Program-made: the position numbers and the translations under genes | The notes under the pieces: generated by a model | Database searches by the model: none | Seen by the model: only the letters and a program-made list of their open reading frames with translations | Told to the model about the DNA's origin: nothing | Part shown: positions 38,701 through 51,604 of the stretch, in pieces | Layout: each line of letters begins with the position of its first letter | Numbering within the stretch: the stretch's first letter is position 1 | Origin: Botryllus schlosseri | Taxonomy: Eukaryota | DNA length: 64,000 nucleotides | Assembly: GCA_051294905.1 (NCBI GenBank) | Contig: CM119376.1 | Span: forward strand, 2,108,001-2,172,000 | Direction of reading: 5' to 3'

Positions 38701-41700
38701 TACCCCTTTATAATAAAGACTCGCGCTAACATTATTCTACAATGAAAGTTGGGAGGAGTTTCCTGCGGTGTCGCTACAGAAAAATGAACGTCGCTCAAGC
38801 TCCCTATTTTGGGGGTGGTCAACTAGTGAGCAGCAAGAAGGTTTTGAGTGGCACGCGAGGTAATTGTCAAAAAATTATTGCTATATATACATATTGTGAA
38901 CTTGCAAGGCCAAACAAAACTTTAATTAGTCAGTGACCGCGAATTTAGGATTTTGGTGACTAAAATATCAGTTTTACGCATTGGTGTAGCCATAGGGGCC
39001 AGCCACATTTTCCGTATATCTTCGTATATTTTCACAATGTAGAATGTTTTGCGGCAGATTTATTTACCTTGTAATTTTAGACGTGATTTATTGTCTCTTT
39101 ATGAATGATAGAGGCATGTTCGTCGAATAGTCATTTTCATGCACATTGCTCAGGGGTCGGGTAGCCTACCTTTTTCGACTGAAGCGTCATACTAGCCCGA
39201 TATTTTCAATTGTAACTCCCAAAGAGCCATACATGTCAATGAGATGTTGCGTCACAATTGCAAATTCGTGACGTGTTTGTGGTACCAAGTGGATTCGTAC
39301 CGTGTCGCCATATTTTTCTGCCCACATGAGTAGCTGGAGCCAAACCTGGTCACTACAGCAGTACATAGCTACGTACCCACTGCAGGGTATCAGTATATCA
39401 TCAGTGTAACCGCCAAGCCTAGCAAGTGGGCCGTGCTACAAGTCGGCAGCTACGGAATGAAATGTGGAAAATTGACCTGGCGTAAATGGCCATCGTTGAA
39501 GATAAACACCATGAATTCCACAAACAACAACAGAAATCGTCTGCAGGGCGTGATACGTCAGTGACGCTGGATTAGGGGAGGCAAGTGAGGCAGTGCCTCA
39601 GATGTCGTCAGGATGAGTAACGAAAAATTGTGAAACCTTCAATGATTATATTGGTGTTTTCTATCGATGTTCATGAATGACTCGATCGTGAAAATTTAAT
39701 CGCCAAAATTTCATATGTATTGTTTGAAAATAAAGCACAAAAGAAGGGGTAAGGCACAGAACAGGAACAAACGGACCAAGCCACACCTGTGATAGCACAA
39801 CTCATCGTAAATAGTTTAGAATTGTTAATCACTGATACAATATTGATAAATAAGTACAGAGTTAAAGATTTGTCGAAGAGCCATATCGTATGGCCAAAAG
39901 AGCCATAGGTTCCCGACCACTGACATACTCGCAATATATACAAGTAACAATATTATTGACCGAATTCATTCATTTTCTTTGAAAATTTTTCACGCAAGGC
40001 GCGGCAAGGTCATAAACACGCTCTGGGTTTTCATGACATAAAGCGATATTTTCGATTTTTATACGTTTAGTAAAATAAGTCTATTGCTTTCGCAGTTACA
40101 AAATCCGGCTCGCTCCTATCGGACGACTAAAAAAATATAGAAACATTCAAGTGGCCCCACAATGATTCTTAGATTGTATCTGGCCCTTTGGTCGAAGAGG
40201 TTGGTAACCCTGGCATGTTTCGTCCATTAAAACCAATGATTTATTCGGTGACCTGGTCAGCAAATGCATTGTGTGATTTCGTCGTTATCAAATAAAATAC
40301 AATATTGTCTACTGGGATAAATGTCCTACCATAATATCGTTCCATACTATTCGTCAAGGTTCGATCCTATCGTACCAGGCATCGTAATGTGTCAATTCCT
40401 TGGTTAAGAACTCGCAAGTACGATTATATCACGCCTATCATATTCATTCCATACATATTCCGATTGGAATTTGATTTATTTATGGAGTAATCGGAAAAAT
40501 TATCGGTCAATGACGCGAAGTTGAAATACAGTGACATAGAAAGCAATTTTTATTGCGAAGACACATGAGATTAGCGTACCTTAGTCCGTCCATTTTCGGA
40601 GTATTCCTTGTACGACCCTTGTTCACTAAGGCAGAATATGCGATATGTCTTGGTCCAATGGTCACTTAAAGGACTTCCTTGAGTAACAATGCCAGCTACC
40701 AACCGCGCTTCTTCAAATTTTATATCTATGGAGTCGTTATGTCCTGGAATTGAATAATATTCAAATTAAATTAACTTTTATTTTTTATACTTTAGGGCAG
40801 GGGAGTCAAACATACGGCCGCGGGCCGCATCCGGCTTGCCAGACGATTTCATCCGGCCCGCGAAGCAATTCTGAATATAATGAAAAATGCTCATATTATC
40901 CAGCAAATGTGTAACAAATGTTCAAATTTTTTTTTATAGAAGAGAATTCCATTAAATAATCCCTCAAGGCAGAAAATGTCGAGAATGTTCAATGTTCATT
41001 AGCCACCGTCCATTATGACCACCTGACAGCGGTGTTGTGGTTCCACTCTTGTTGCCACTACTAACAAAACAACTCGGTGACATTGACACCCAATTCCGAG
41101 AAGAAAAGTGCACACTGAATTCAGGATAATTTGGGAAAATGGAACAAAAAGTAGTTATTCCCAGAAGCGAAAACGCCAATGCGGAACCGTTATAGATTCA
41201 GTTTGCGCGGAGAATATATTAGTTGCATGAAAATATAATTGAAATACAGACTCATAACATCACTGGACTCCATAGAAACCCGAAACCATATAGCCACATT
41301 TCAGCTGCTAACGACACACATCATTTATTAATGCGTGGTTTAAATTTTTTTATATCAGCACCAATTGTAAACTGTTAGGTGGTCTGTAAGCTTGAAAATT
41401 GCTTTGAAGACTGGGAAACACTGATTTACAACGTATCGCTGGTCCTAACGTAACCTCATGTCAAAATCTACTAATATTTCAATATCTACTGGCATTGATG
41501 ATTTGAGCAACATACTTCTCAAACTGCACAAGTGCACATAGGCCTACTCGCATATACCAATAGTTGTTGAAGACTGCTCGCATGCACACCCGAGGACAAT
41601 ATCATAAGTTTTGTGTGAATGTGAATACCCCTGCTGAAAATTTGTTCCTATATGTGACACAGTAGCTCGACTTAACTACGTCTATGAATATGAACATTGC

Positions 41701-41858
41701 CTACTCACCAGCTCGTCCGCACCAGGATCCAGTTGAAGAGATTGCCGACCGATCATCAAGTTCCGCAAATATCGCTTCACTCCTGGAATTAGACGCACCA
41801 GACGTAGAAAACGTAACACCTTCCACATTGGGTCTCAGGTTCATGAAGCATCCACATC
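35777..41858 (-). CDS. F5/8C (discoidin) + ILEI/PANDER-domain gene, 5'-partial, one apparent frameshift
   Basis: GT-AG exons: 41858-41709 (CGC...GSWCGRA); 40743-40580 (IDIKF...AGIVTQG...HWTKTY); 38400-38256 (FTGNSNRDT...IRIIPKTWHGRPCLRIDL..EGC); 37942-37758 (VTSRGADDG...VTVNG...RGF..LSFD...FDTY); 37654-37488 (FLDSL...VAIAVQDTA...LGA); 35979 onward (RDSFSFIGQK...W). Phases match except for one extra base in exon 37654-37488. The 3' end is either the stop at 35777 or a donor at 35859. Confidence 0.78.
36471..37289. mobile_element. hAT MITE (family H2), intronic
   Basis: TAGGGATGGTGTAAAC ... GTTCACACCATCGCTA; colinear with the other H2 copies; TSD degenerate. Confidence 0.85.
39151..39922. mobile_element. 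hAT MITE (family H5), intronic, diverged
   Basis: CAGGGGTCGGG ... GGTTCCCGACCACTG; AGAGCCA repeats; TSD only 4/8. Confidence 0.7.
40798..41420. mobile_element. hAT MITE fragment(s), intronic
   Basis: CAGGGGAGTCAAACATACGGCC start; homologous to the 32949 copy. Right boundary approximate. Confidence 0.6.
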
Positions 41859-44800
41859 CTGTCAATATAAGGGCGGTTAGATATAATTCTAATCCTTCAG
41901 TTAAACGCGAGTGGCTGCTATAGATTAATAAATTAGTGTTACCGCTGATGCAACAATCACAGGGGGACTGAATCGCGCGAAGCATCAAGAAAAATTGAGG
42001 CCGAAGGCATGGTCTATTTCGCTTCCTAGCTACGCCTATGACCGAACCAAGCACACCTTCGCACACCTATACAGAAGGACGTAGAAGAAAATTTCACAAT
42101 TGAAGTTTGCATTTTCCGGAATACACGAAATTTCCTTAACAAATTGAGCAATATATTAATGCTCAGAGCATCTGGTGATCATTTGGGGAACCGATATTTT
42201 CATATATCTCATGATTAATTAAAAAAAACAGAACAAAGGAGAAAGCCCCGAAAGTTATGCATATAATATCTGGTCTGAAGATATATCTAAACACTTCCCA
42301 TTTACCAAGAGACTAATCTGATGGGCATAGCAATACAAAAATGTACAAGCTGGTAATCTAATATTAAGAGAAACATAAGCCCTATTTAGGTGTTCTTAAC
42401 CAGCGGTCCGCATTTTCGGGGGGTCCGCGAAGCCTCCAAATTTGCAAAATGATTGATAATGTGATTTGTAATTTTTAATTATGGAAATCACGAGGCAGGT
42501 TCGCTCCATAGCTGCTAAAACTTCAAGACTCAGAAACAAATAGTGAGATGAAACATTCTACTGTGCCAAATTACCGATTGACTTCTGATACAAACATTAT
42601 GATGTTCAGAGATGTTTTTGGGGGTTTTGGAAACGATTTATTTGCGAAACTCCAATTTTTCTTGTGATAAACACATAACCTCTATTCCAGAATAACTTCA
42701 AGATGAGCTGCTAGATGAAAAGGGCTAGGCTGGGCGTTATATGTTCGTTAAAAATCGATTTCTTAATTTTGTTGCGATCATTCCCAAAGCGTTGCGCGTT
42801 ATTATTGCATTCGTAGCTACTTGTATTTATGGCAATGAATTTTCGGCAGTCGTTCATATCAAATCAATTGGGCAGATTTTCAAGACACGACCGCTTTGAA
42901 TAAAAATAGTATGATGTTAATTTCAAGAAATTTCCTACAGGTAATATTTGCAAAAGGCAGATGACGTTCGCACTGTAATTGAGCTAAATTGGAACTATAT
43001 CTTGGGCAGGAAGGGGGTCCACGGGAGTCCGTGACAGTCTGAAGGAGGTCCGCGAAGACAAAGAGACAGTTACTGAATGCTTCGCCGTCATAGGCTTGAG
43101 TAAAAAACTTACACTCAACCAAATGGGGCTGAGAGATTAGGAGAGACGTCTGCTCGTCAATAATAATAATGGTTTCAAATCGTTCGACTATGCCGGTATT
43201 GCCAAAAAGTTTTTCACCTTGCAACTTTTGTAAAAATTTAAAGATACATGCCGACCCCAACCCACCCGCGCCTAAATGATGACACTTATTGTGCATATAT
43301 TACAACTATTGAGACGGATAATGCTGGTGTATTGTCATATTCCTCATGAGATTGCGTTTCACCTTTGAAAAGAATTCTCAACTATACTATATATGGCAAG
43401 TCGGTTTTAATTGTGCGTCAGAAGCTTTATTTCACCAAATAGGAGCTGAGGCAATGATGAAAAATTTACCCCGATTCCAAACTTCAGCGTGTGTCTCTTT
43501 GATTTGATTCTGATTTCTATTGACACGAGATATTTAACTTGAGTTCGATGTCAAAATTGTTCTGCAATACAATTACCTACTTCATGGTGAGTTGCCATGA
43601 GAGTCTGGGCTGTTCCATCAGGTAGAAATAAAATGAGTGACGGATCACATCTTCTACGTTATTTTAAATGGTGGGAATAAGACGGAGGTCGCGTCGAGAA
43701 AGTGCAACAGTGCGAATAAATGATTGCCAGAAATTTCACAAAGGAAGGATAAGAAGCGATAGCGAGTGAGTCGGGCACCACGGAGGCATATAGCTGCAGC
43801 TAAAGTACAATGTATGATTTTATTGAAATCATACAGCCGCAGTCCGAATACGGTGGCTACCGCAAGAAGATGGTTGCTGCCAAACATTCTTTCACACTAG
43901 TATCATTATATTTAAAGCAACGTGTCCATTTAAACGCGGTTTCTCTCCTTTAAAAGACAACTGCGTAAACATCTTTCTGGGCAAAGAATCCACGCGATTC
44001 ATGTTCATAAATGAACAAGAACTAAAATATCAGAATACCTGAACTGGCAAGTATTTAGTTAAAGATTTGGTAGATAGCCTAACTAGAAACGTTTTGTATT
44101 GGTTGTCAAACCTATGCCATAAAAATTGCAACGTAACTGCTTTTTGTTACCGATTTTGATTTTACAAAATCGCAATTTCTCGATGACAATCATCCTGTTA
44201 CTAGTCAATGGTCCACACTCAAGTATACCACACAATCATTTAAAAAAAAATATGATGCAATGGTATTGTTTGTGATTGCGCATGTTGTATTTGTTCTGTG
44301 TTTGATGTTATTAGAGGAATCCGTTTTCAATTCAACTGTCCTTATTTCTAGTTCGCTTTATCATTCTAATTGTCTGATTTAATCCTGATTATTTGATTAC
44401 TGTTCCATCATTCTAATTGTCTGATTTTAATCCTGATTATTTGATTACTCTTATAATTTCCTATTCGCTTGCCTATATATTTTCCTTCTTGCTGTTGCAT
44501 CATCCTCCTTTCCATCGAGCAACTGACGACCAAGTACTATTGCGAATCTCGCTTGCATTGGCATTTTTGTATTTCTAACAACGGAATCTCAAGTCCACAT
44601 TATTCTTCGACTGGGGTCATTTGGTTGGATTAAATAAAATACAAGATTGATACGCGAGGTTTGCCTAGTCCACGGTAGCAGATTTTAGTGCAGCAGACAG
44701 GATTCGACGCCTGCTAAATCGGCACTCGTTGACATTGAAGTGTCGCGTCGAAACAGGTATAGTTCGTTAGGTCGACAGTACAGGCAGAGTACAAATTTCA

Positions 44801-46578
44801 GCAAATAAACACGATTAGGTATTGTAAGGAATTTATCCATTTACTTTTTATCATGTCGACAAGATTGTCCTCCGCCGTCCATTCCTCGTCGCGGCATTCA
44901 TCTCTGCAGTAATGTAATATTGTGATCAGTTTTGTATAGCCTAGTTGAATACGCTATGTACCTTTCATCATATTAATAAGGTCCCCCTCCGATACTCTTG
45001 TCATATTTTTCAATTCCTCTATCAACTTCAAGGTCATCGACTGCTGATCATTTTGCTCTTTTTGAAACATAATGAAATTTAAAAAAGTTGTATTACGCAC
45101 AAACACGCAATGCATATTCTCAACTTACAGAACAATCAACGTGTACGAGGGACCTTACAGTATGCCGTACATGTTTCAAATAGTATCATTCTAAAAACTG
45201 CTTCGCTGGTTTCATTTCAATTTCTGCAGAACCTTCGAATCGCTACGTTAAGGTTCGAACTGACAAGAGGTAGGATTTCGTAAGCAAGCACGTTTATATA
45301 AAACGGACAATCCGAAAGACGGCAGCAATTCCTATCTCTATTTCAAGTGATATTGTCATAATTTAATGTCATGATTTATGGCTGTGCTGTGCACAGTGTG
45401 CATGTGCAACCCCTAGCATGGCTACATCTGATTTCAGAATGTTGAGTCGTACTACCCCATTTCTGGAATTGAAACGGATAGTCAAATAAAATTAGTGATC
45501 TCGATTTTCACGTCGAAAGGTAGTAGTATTTGTTTATAGATGGTATCAAATGAAACTCGTTTCGCGGAAGGATTTGAAATGTACAATTCTATATTAAATA
45601 TTTTTAGTTCCGTAATTCATCATGCACGATTAAAAAATATATTGTAAGCATACCCATATTCTGAAGGTTGAGTCTTGATATCCAGTGAAATTGTACACCG
45701 AATACTGTCAATGTTACAATGGAAATGACTACCATTGCTGAGAATATAATTCGCAGTTTGCCGTTCGTCTTGGAGATGTCTTCTAGAAAGTAAATAATTC
45801 CTGATTTATCAGGTTTACTTCGACAACCATCAAATAATAAGATTAATCAAGAATGCTAGACTTCGTGTGTTATTTTTTCTTGATGTGCAACATTAGATTG
45901 AATTGACATGGTAGAACGGCTGATTATGGCATACAAATAACGTAAGGTGGTAAAAATGCTGAAGTGTAAGCAATGACGGACATCAGTAGCTGATGATTCT
46001 ATGAATTTCAAGACAAATAAGAGAGGGAATTAAATATCGCACCTTCGCTATTGTGAGTTGAAGTTGTTTTCAAAACTTTCTTGGTGTTCAAATGTGGCCT
46101 TTCTGGTGGTGCCATGTTTTGCCGGAAAATTATTTCATTGTCCTGAACATATATATGCTCGTTGTCGAAATGAGACTCCATTGGTATTACAGAACAAAGT
46201 ATTTGGTTATTGCGTTTAAATACTATATTCGAGTAGATAAATATGTGAAAAAATAAATAATATATTGATATTGAAATAAACTCGAATATTTCTGGCTAAC
46301 ACTCGTCAGCGGTAATCGTCAGAAACTAGCAAAAGATTCGAAAGGACATTCTATATCAACAATCGTATCACCAAACATGACGTCGCCGGCATGAAAGTTT
46401 GAGTAATCGAGATAAACAGGTGGCTCAGTGCAGTAGTGTACTATGTTTAGATTGTACACGGACTGCCTTTGCTGGCACAAACTAGGTATACCAATTTGAT
46501 GACAGCTGACTTCAAGGTAAATGAATGAAATATTGAACGGCCTCTCCGAACGACACGAAATATGTCCTCTGGATAATT

Positions 46579-47975
46579 CACTGGTCAACAAAATGAAAAA
46601 TTTTTTTTAGGCAGAACATCTGAGAGCCGTTTCCGGGGCTTTTGAGGTTGCTGATTACGAATATCACAGTAATTTTGTCAGATTGGCTCTCTGTCAGAAG
46701 ATATTTATATCCCTAAAAAAGCCCAAAATTATTGTATTTACCCTTAAATATTTCCCTTGGTAGCAAGAAAATCGTAGTTTTTTCTCATTTTATACTGCGC
46801 ATAAATGGCCAATTGACTATAAAGAACCCTCATGTCATTCTCAGTCATTCTATCAATATTAACATGGCATGATGCGAAATATTTGTTTGTCAAAAAGCAA
46901 TTTGTCAAGCCTAAAAATTGTACTTTTGCACAACGGAAATTCATATTCTCCTGTATTAATTGGTCATTTTACCAAGATTAAAGAGGAGTATAAAACTATA
47001 AAATTTGTCCTTGAAAGGCTTCACTACAATACTCATATGTGTCTCATTTCTTTTGACTGGTAAATGGATAATTTTCCACTGATTTGACAAAGTGGGTATA
47101 CCTAGTAACCTTATCAAACGAGAAGCTTAAAACTGGTGTCTGGTATATTCCAATACCGATGAAAGATTCCAATTTCACATTAGGAAGGAGTTCACAGCAT
47201 GTAATTTCTCCTAAGATGCAGTAAATAAAACCTTTTATATGATCACAAAGCACCCAACAACAAACGGTTGGTCCGAAAATTCGTATCTGCATATCGAACA
47301 CTTGAGCACAAGCATGAGCATAAAAGCTCACGTCCTGTTCAGTCATCTTGATATATTTCCCTATCATCTTGTTGATTAGCTAGGGAAGAGGTTCTACCAA
47401 GACATCAGAACAACAAACGAAAGGTACCGGGGCAGATGAGATGAACCATTGCACATTTTATGTCAGACCATTTCCGGAACCTTTCGAGAAACTGCACTAA
47501 ATAGCTTACAGGCGAAAATCGTACATAAAACAATTTCGATTTAAAATATATCAGTAATATTGTATTATAACCGATTATTTCAAATTTATAATATGTGGTT
47601 GACGAAAAACTGATGGAATTAATGCCACGTTATTTGAGTATCTAGGTGAATACTTATATACATGACTGGAGTTTATTTATGTACATGATATCCGTGAAAG
47701 TCTGTAACTATGATAAGTCTATTACCCTCAAATATAGTGTTGTTGCTGTATTTTGAATTAAAATGGTCTTCTGTGTGTAAAAATAACAAGTAGATTGAAT
47801 TTCTAAACTTTATAGTACGATTAAGCCTATTTTTTATCTAGTCAATACCGCGATAATGGGAGATTTGGTCAAAATAGCCCCATGGGTTATCTCCACAACA
47901 AGAGTCGATTTGAAAAATGTGAGATCATATCCGGAATCAGGAATCAGTCTGCCTAAAAATATGTGTTGACCAGTG
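46579..47975 (+). mobile_element. Internally deleted Chapaev3-like (CMC) DNA transposon
   Basis: 12-bp TIR CACTGGTCAACA/TGTTGACCAGTG with TAA on the right flank. Transposase remnants SLKIVLLHNGN...IGH.TKIKEEY, LSNEKLKTG, MSIKAHVLFSHLDIFP and RFYQDI...RYRGR*D. Confidence 0.7.
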
Positions 47976-50900
47976 TAATGTTCCGCATAAATACGATTGG
48001 ATAGTATATTTAATATGAATATTCTATTCAAATGTATATTGCAGTTCTGTACCTCCAAGAAGCTCCACAAATAAGATTATTCATTATATGCACGACATTG
48101 ACCGAATTCATGGAAGTTGCCTATTTTGACTCAAGCTAAAACTAGAACTAGAACACGCCGCTTACGGTTACACCATCCGAGACACACCATTTAAGCCTTA
48201 GGAATATGGGATACCGAGGTGCCAAGACAAACCTCCAACACTCAAGTCTGGACTCGGTCCGGACATGTCCTCGAGTCAGATTCCGTCTGCTGTGGGTCTC
48301 AAGTTTTTCTCGCGCAAACCCTTAAATTTTTGTTTTAGTTTCCGCAGACCCCAGAGCCGACAAGTCATCAGTGCTAATATTAACAATGGTATAGGCTATA
48401 TCTTTCGAGAACTTTGGGTCCGTTGATATCAAGTAATGCCATTATCTTATTTCCAGAACAGCAAAAATTTCATTTAAGGCGTATGGGAGCAAATAATTGA
48501 TAGCGATATTAGAGAACGAATTACTTTGAGACAAAATGACCGGCTGCTGCTGCAATATCAGTGCTCAATAGCCGATTCGCCACGGGTGCTGCAAATACCG
48601 ACAACCCCCGGGATACTGGTCATCGGCGTTTGTTTATAGGACGTTTAAATTCCAATTCTGGCGGCCTCGCCCCCTTACACACCTCGGGTCATTTTCTCAC
48701 TACCAATTGAACATACGATGTAAGAATACACTCAATATAGCTCAATAGCGTAAAAAGTCCGAAATTGCGCGATTCACGAACGAGCCGGAAAGTGGAACCG
48801 CGAACTGCTAAAGTTCATGACTTCGAACATACAGCACACGCCTACCTACATCGCTAGCCAAGGTAAATACTATTCGGGTGACACCGAATTTTAAAATCCT
48901 CTCCTTGGCGTGATGATCATCTACTCTACATTCTAATCGCTGGATTAATCAATCAACCAATCAACAGATTGGCAGAAAATCCAGGATTCTGATTGACCCT
49001 TCGTGAACGCCAATTTCATAACCCCTGATCCATAGCCAACATCGACTAGAACGCCCAGCACCTGATGTAACACCCACAGTTTATTTCCTGCAGTTTACAT
49101 GCTCATCCAAGTTTACGCTATGGCGATAGACTAGCTATACCATCATCAGGGGAGACGTATTTGCGTTACTGAAGGATGTTAACTATGAATCCCCTATTTA
49201 TATATACTTGACGATCGCGTGGGAGGATTTGACGAAGATTGACAAGAAAAGAATATAAACTGACTTCATTTCAATGAGATAACATAAAATATGTTGTAAT
49301 GATTATGTCACACACATACCAAAGACGACGATTGACCGTCGAATCGGTGGGTGGCTACGGACTAGTCGGAAGGGCAACCTAACGTCCAATGACCACATAA
49401 TGACGCAACAACAGTGATGCCCGAACAGTAAACACAATGGGTACTGATAAATACGCATTGTGGAGTCAGCATAATTTCATAAGATAATACATCCAATTTT
49501 AACAAGCTATATCGCCCGCAATTGGGAACGTTTGTTTCATCCCAGCATATATGAAGATACAGATTTGTGATATTCGACATTGATGACCTGTATGGAGGCA
49601 GAGTAACATTGATGAGATGTATCACATAATAAAAGCAATATGCTACTTCCTCCAAATGTGAACTATACATTTTCATGGTCCAGAATTGACTGACTTCGAA
49701 ATTTAAGGCTTTGTCACATTGTATATTTAAACCAATTATCGATGTGTTTGCTTGGTATTTACACACTAAAAATCACTACGTATCCATAAATAAGGATAAT
49801 TCAGAGTGCAGCAAAACCTAATCAACAAATAACAAACATGTTTAAAATATAGCCAGGGCGCCCATGCATTTTTAGCCGTGGCTTTACTGTGACTGTGAGT
49901 TCCATCTGAAATTACAACACAGTGGCTCACTCATCTGCATGACCTGGAAAACTAGTTTAGTGGTAGGCTACTTGTATTCAATATATATTTTCACGCGAAG
50001 TGTCCACGACTGCGCTGCATAGAGAAATAACTGCCTCCAAACATTCCATATCATATAGTCAAGTCGTCAACTAGGTTTAGTATCCAGTAGTGAGAAGGTT
50101 CATACTAAATAATATTTCGACGGTATATTTAGACAATTATGACATAATTATACAGCTTTCCAAAATTATACAATACTGGTTGGAAATGGCCTTTAAAACA
50201 TGACTTGTTTTAAATGCAGCGCTACTTCCATTACCAGAAATATAGATCTGTTTATAGAATGGATTAAACATTGCTGATCATGGACAGCGGCAGCTTTATT
50301 TGATGTCACGGGATGTGGACACTATCACGTTATTAACCCATTAAATATTTTCCAAACGGAATAGTGTGACACTAGCCGATTTTCAGAGAGAACAATCCAG
50401 GGTGATGATCGAAAAATACACTACGGGGGAAAAAATTGGTAGATGTCTAACATCAACAACATAAACTTCGTACTCATCAACTTCGTTTACATCAATGATA
50501 CAAAATCATGTGTAAAATCATCTGAATCAATTTGAAATCATACCTAATTCAAATTTCCTTCTTTTCGTGACTGTTCCGTCATTCGATTCTTCTGCGCCCA
50601 CTTTATGTTTCTGTGACTATATAGGTTTACCTGATGAGTGCATTCGTGTATTCATTGAAAAGCAATATTGTGACAGCAGTCAGGCAAAACTGACTCACAT
50701 GACAATGCAGGTTAGCAGTTACAATGTCTGCGAAAACAGTTTCCACTATATGATATCTATCGAATGCAATGAGAAGCTAACCAGATAAATATTTATCATA
50801 GGTTATCTTGACCGGTAGTTAACCAGGTTGACAAAAACTGAGTGATGTTTAATAGCAATAAGTCAACGCATATATACTGATCCTGGAGCGTATCGGATGA

Positions 50901-51080
50901 TTCATTTCACCCCTGATATATTTCTAAAATAGAGCGTGTAAGATTTTATGTCCAACATAAGGTCTTAAATTACATGTAGTGGTAAACCATTCATAATTAT
51001 AAATACAATGCGCCGATGTTGCAGACAACTCTTTCATCTGCTTCGGGGAATCGGGCATCGCTAAAATACAAGCAGTAAAC

Positions 51081-51604
51081 CAGGGGCGGGCAACTTCCCT
51101 ATAGTACGCTGGTTGGATATAGGAAAATGGCGTACTGGGAGGTTGGGGCGGATTCCTAAATCGATACAATATTCGTGTATATATCCGCCTATATCAGTTT
51201 TACCTATACAACATTTTCCATAGGCCTACTTATAAAATCGCATATAATATGAGTTTTAAGTAGAAAGCATAGAAAAACAACACCGTATATAATGAATTTA
51301 TTAACGTAATATACTTTAAATGCTGTTGAAGTCAATGAGATCTATGGACGATCAAAGTTGTCAACGAGTTCCTTGAACTCTGGTTGCATGTCGGACGTCG
51401 AAACCCTGGCAAAGACTGCACAGAACTCGGAATGGAACTCGGCACGGAACTCGGCTTGCTCTGCTCATTTACATGGTCGAAATGTTTGATCGCAAATGCA
51501 TGTAGACCCGAACAGAACGGTATGGACTGGAAACTCTCTGCGGGTCGTTGGGAATCCCTTAGCAGGTCAGATCCGGCCCGCGGGCCGTATGTTGCCCGCC
51601 CCTG
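51081..51604. mobile_element. hAT MITE (family H7a)
   Basis: CAGGGGCGGGCAAC ... GTTGCCCGCCCCTG; TSD CAGTAAAC/TGGTAAAC; homologous to 13073-13895. Confidence 0.8.

Noticed and set aside
42880-43296. 138-aa ORF as a standalone gene
   Set aside because: Its 3' half reads through a GGTCCGCG-type MITE remnant; only 43217-43113 is kept as a tentative exon.
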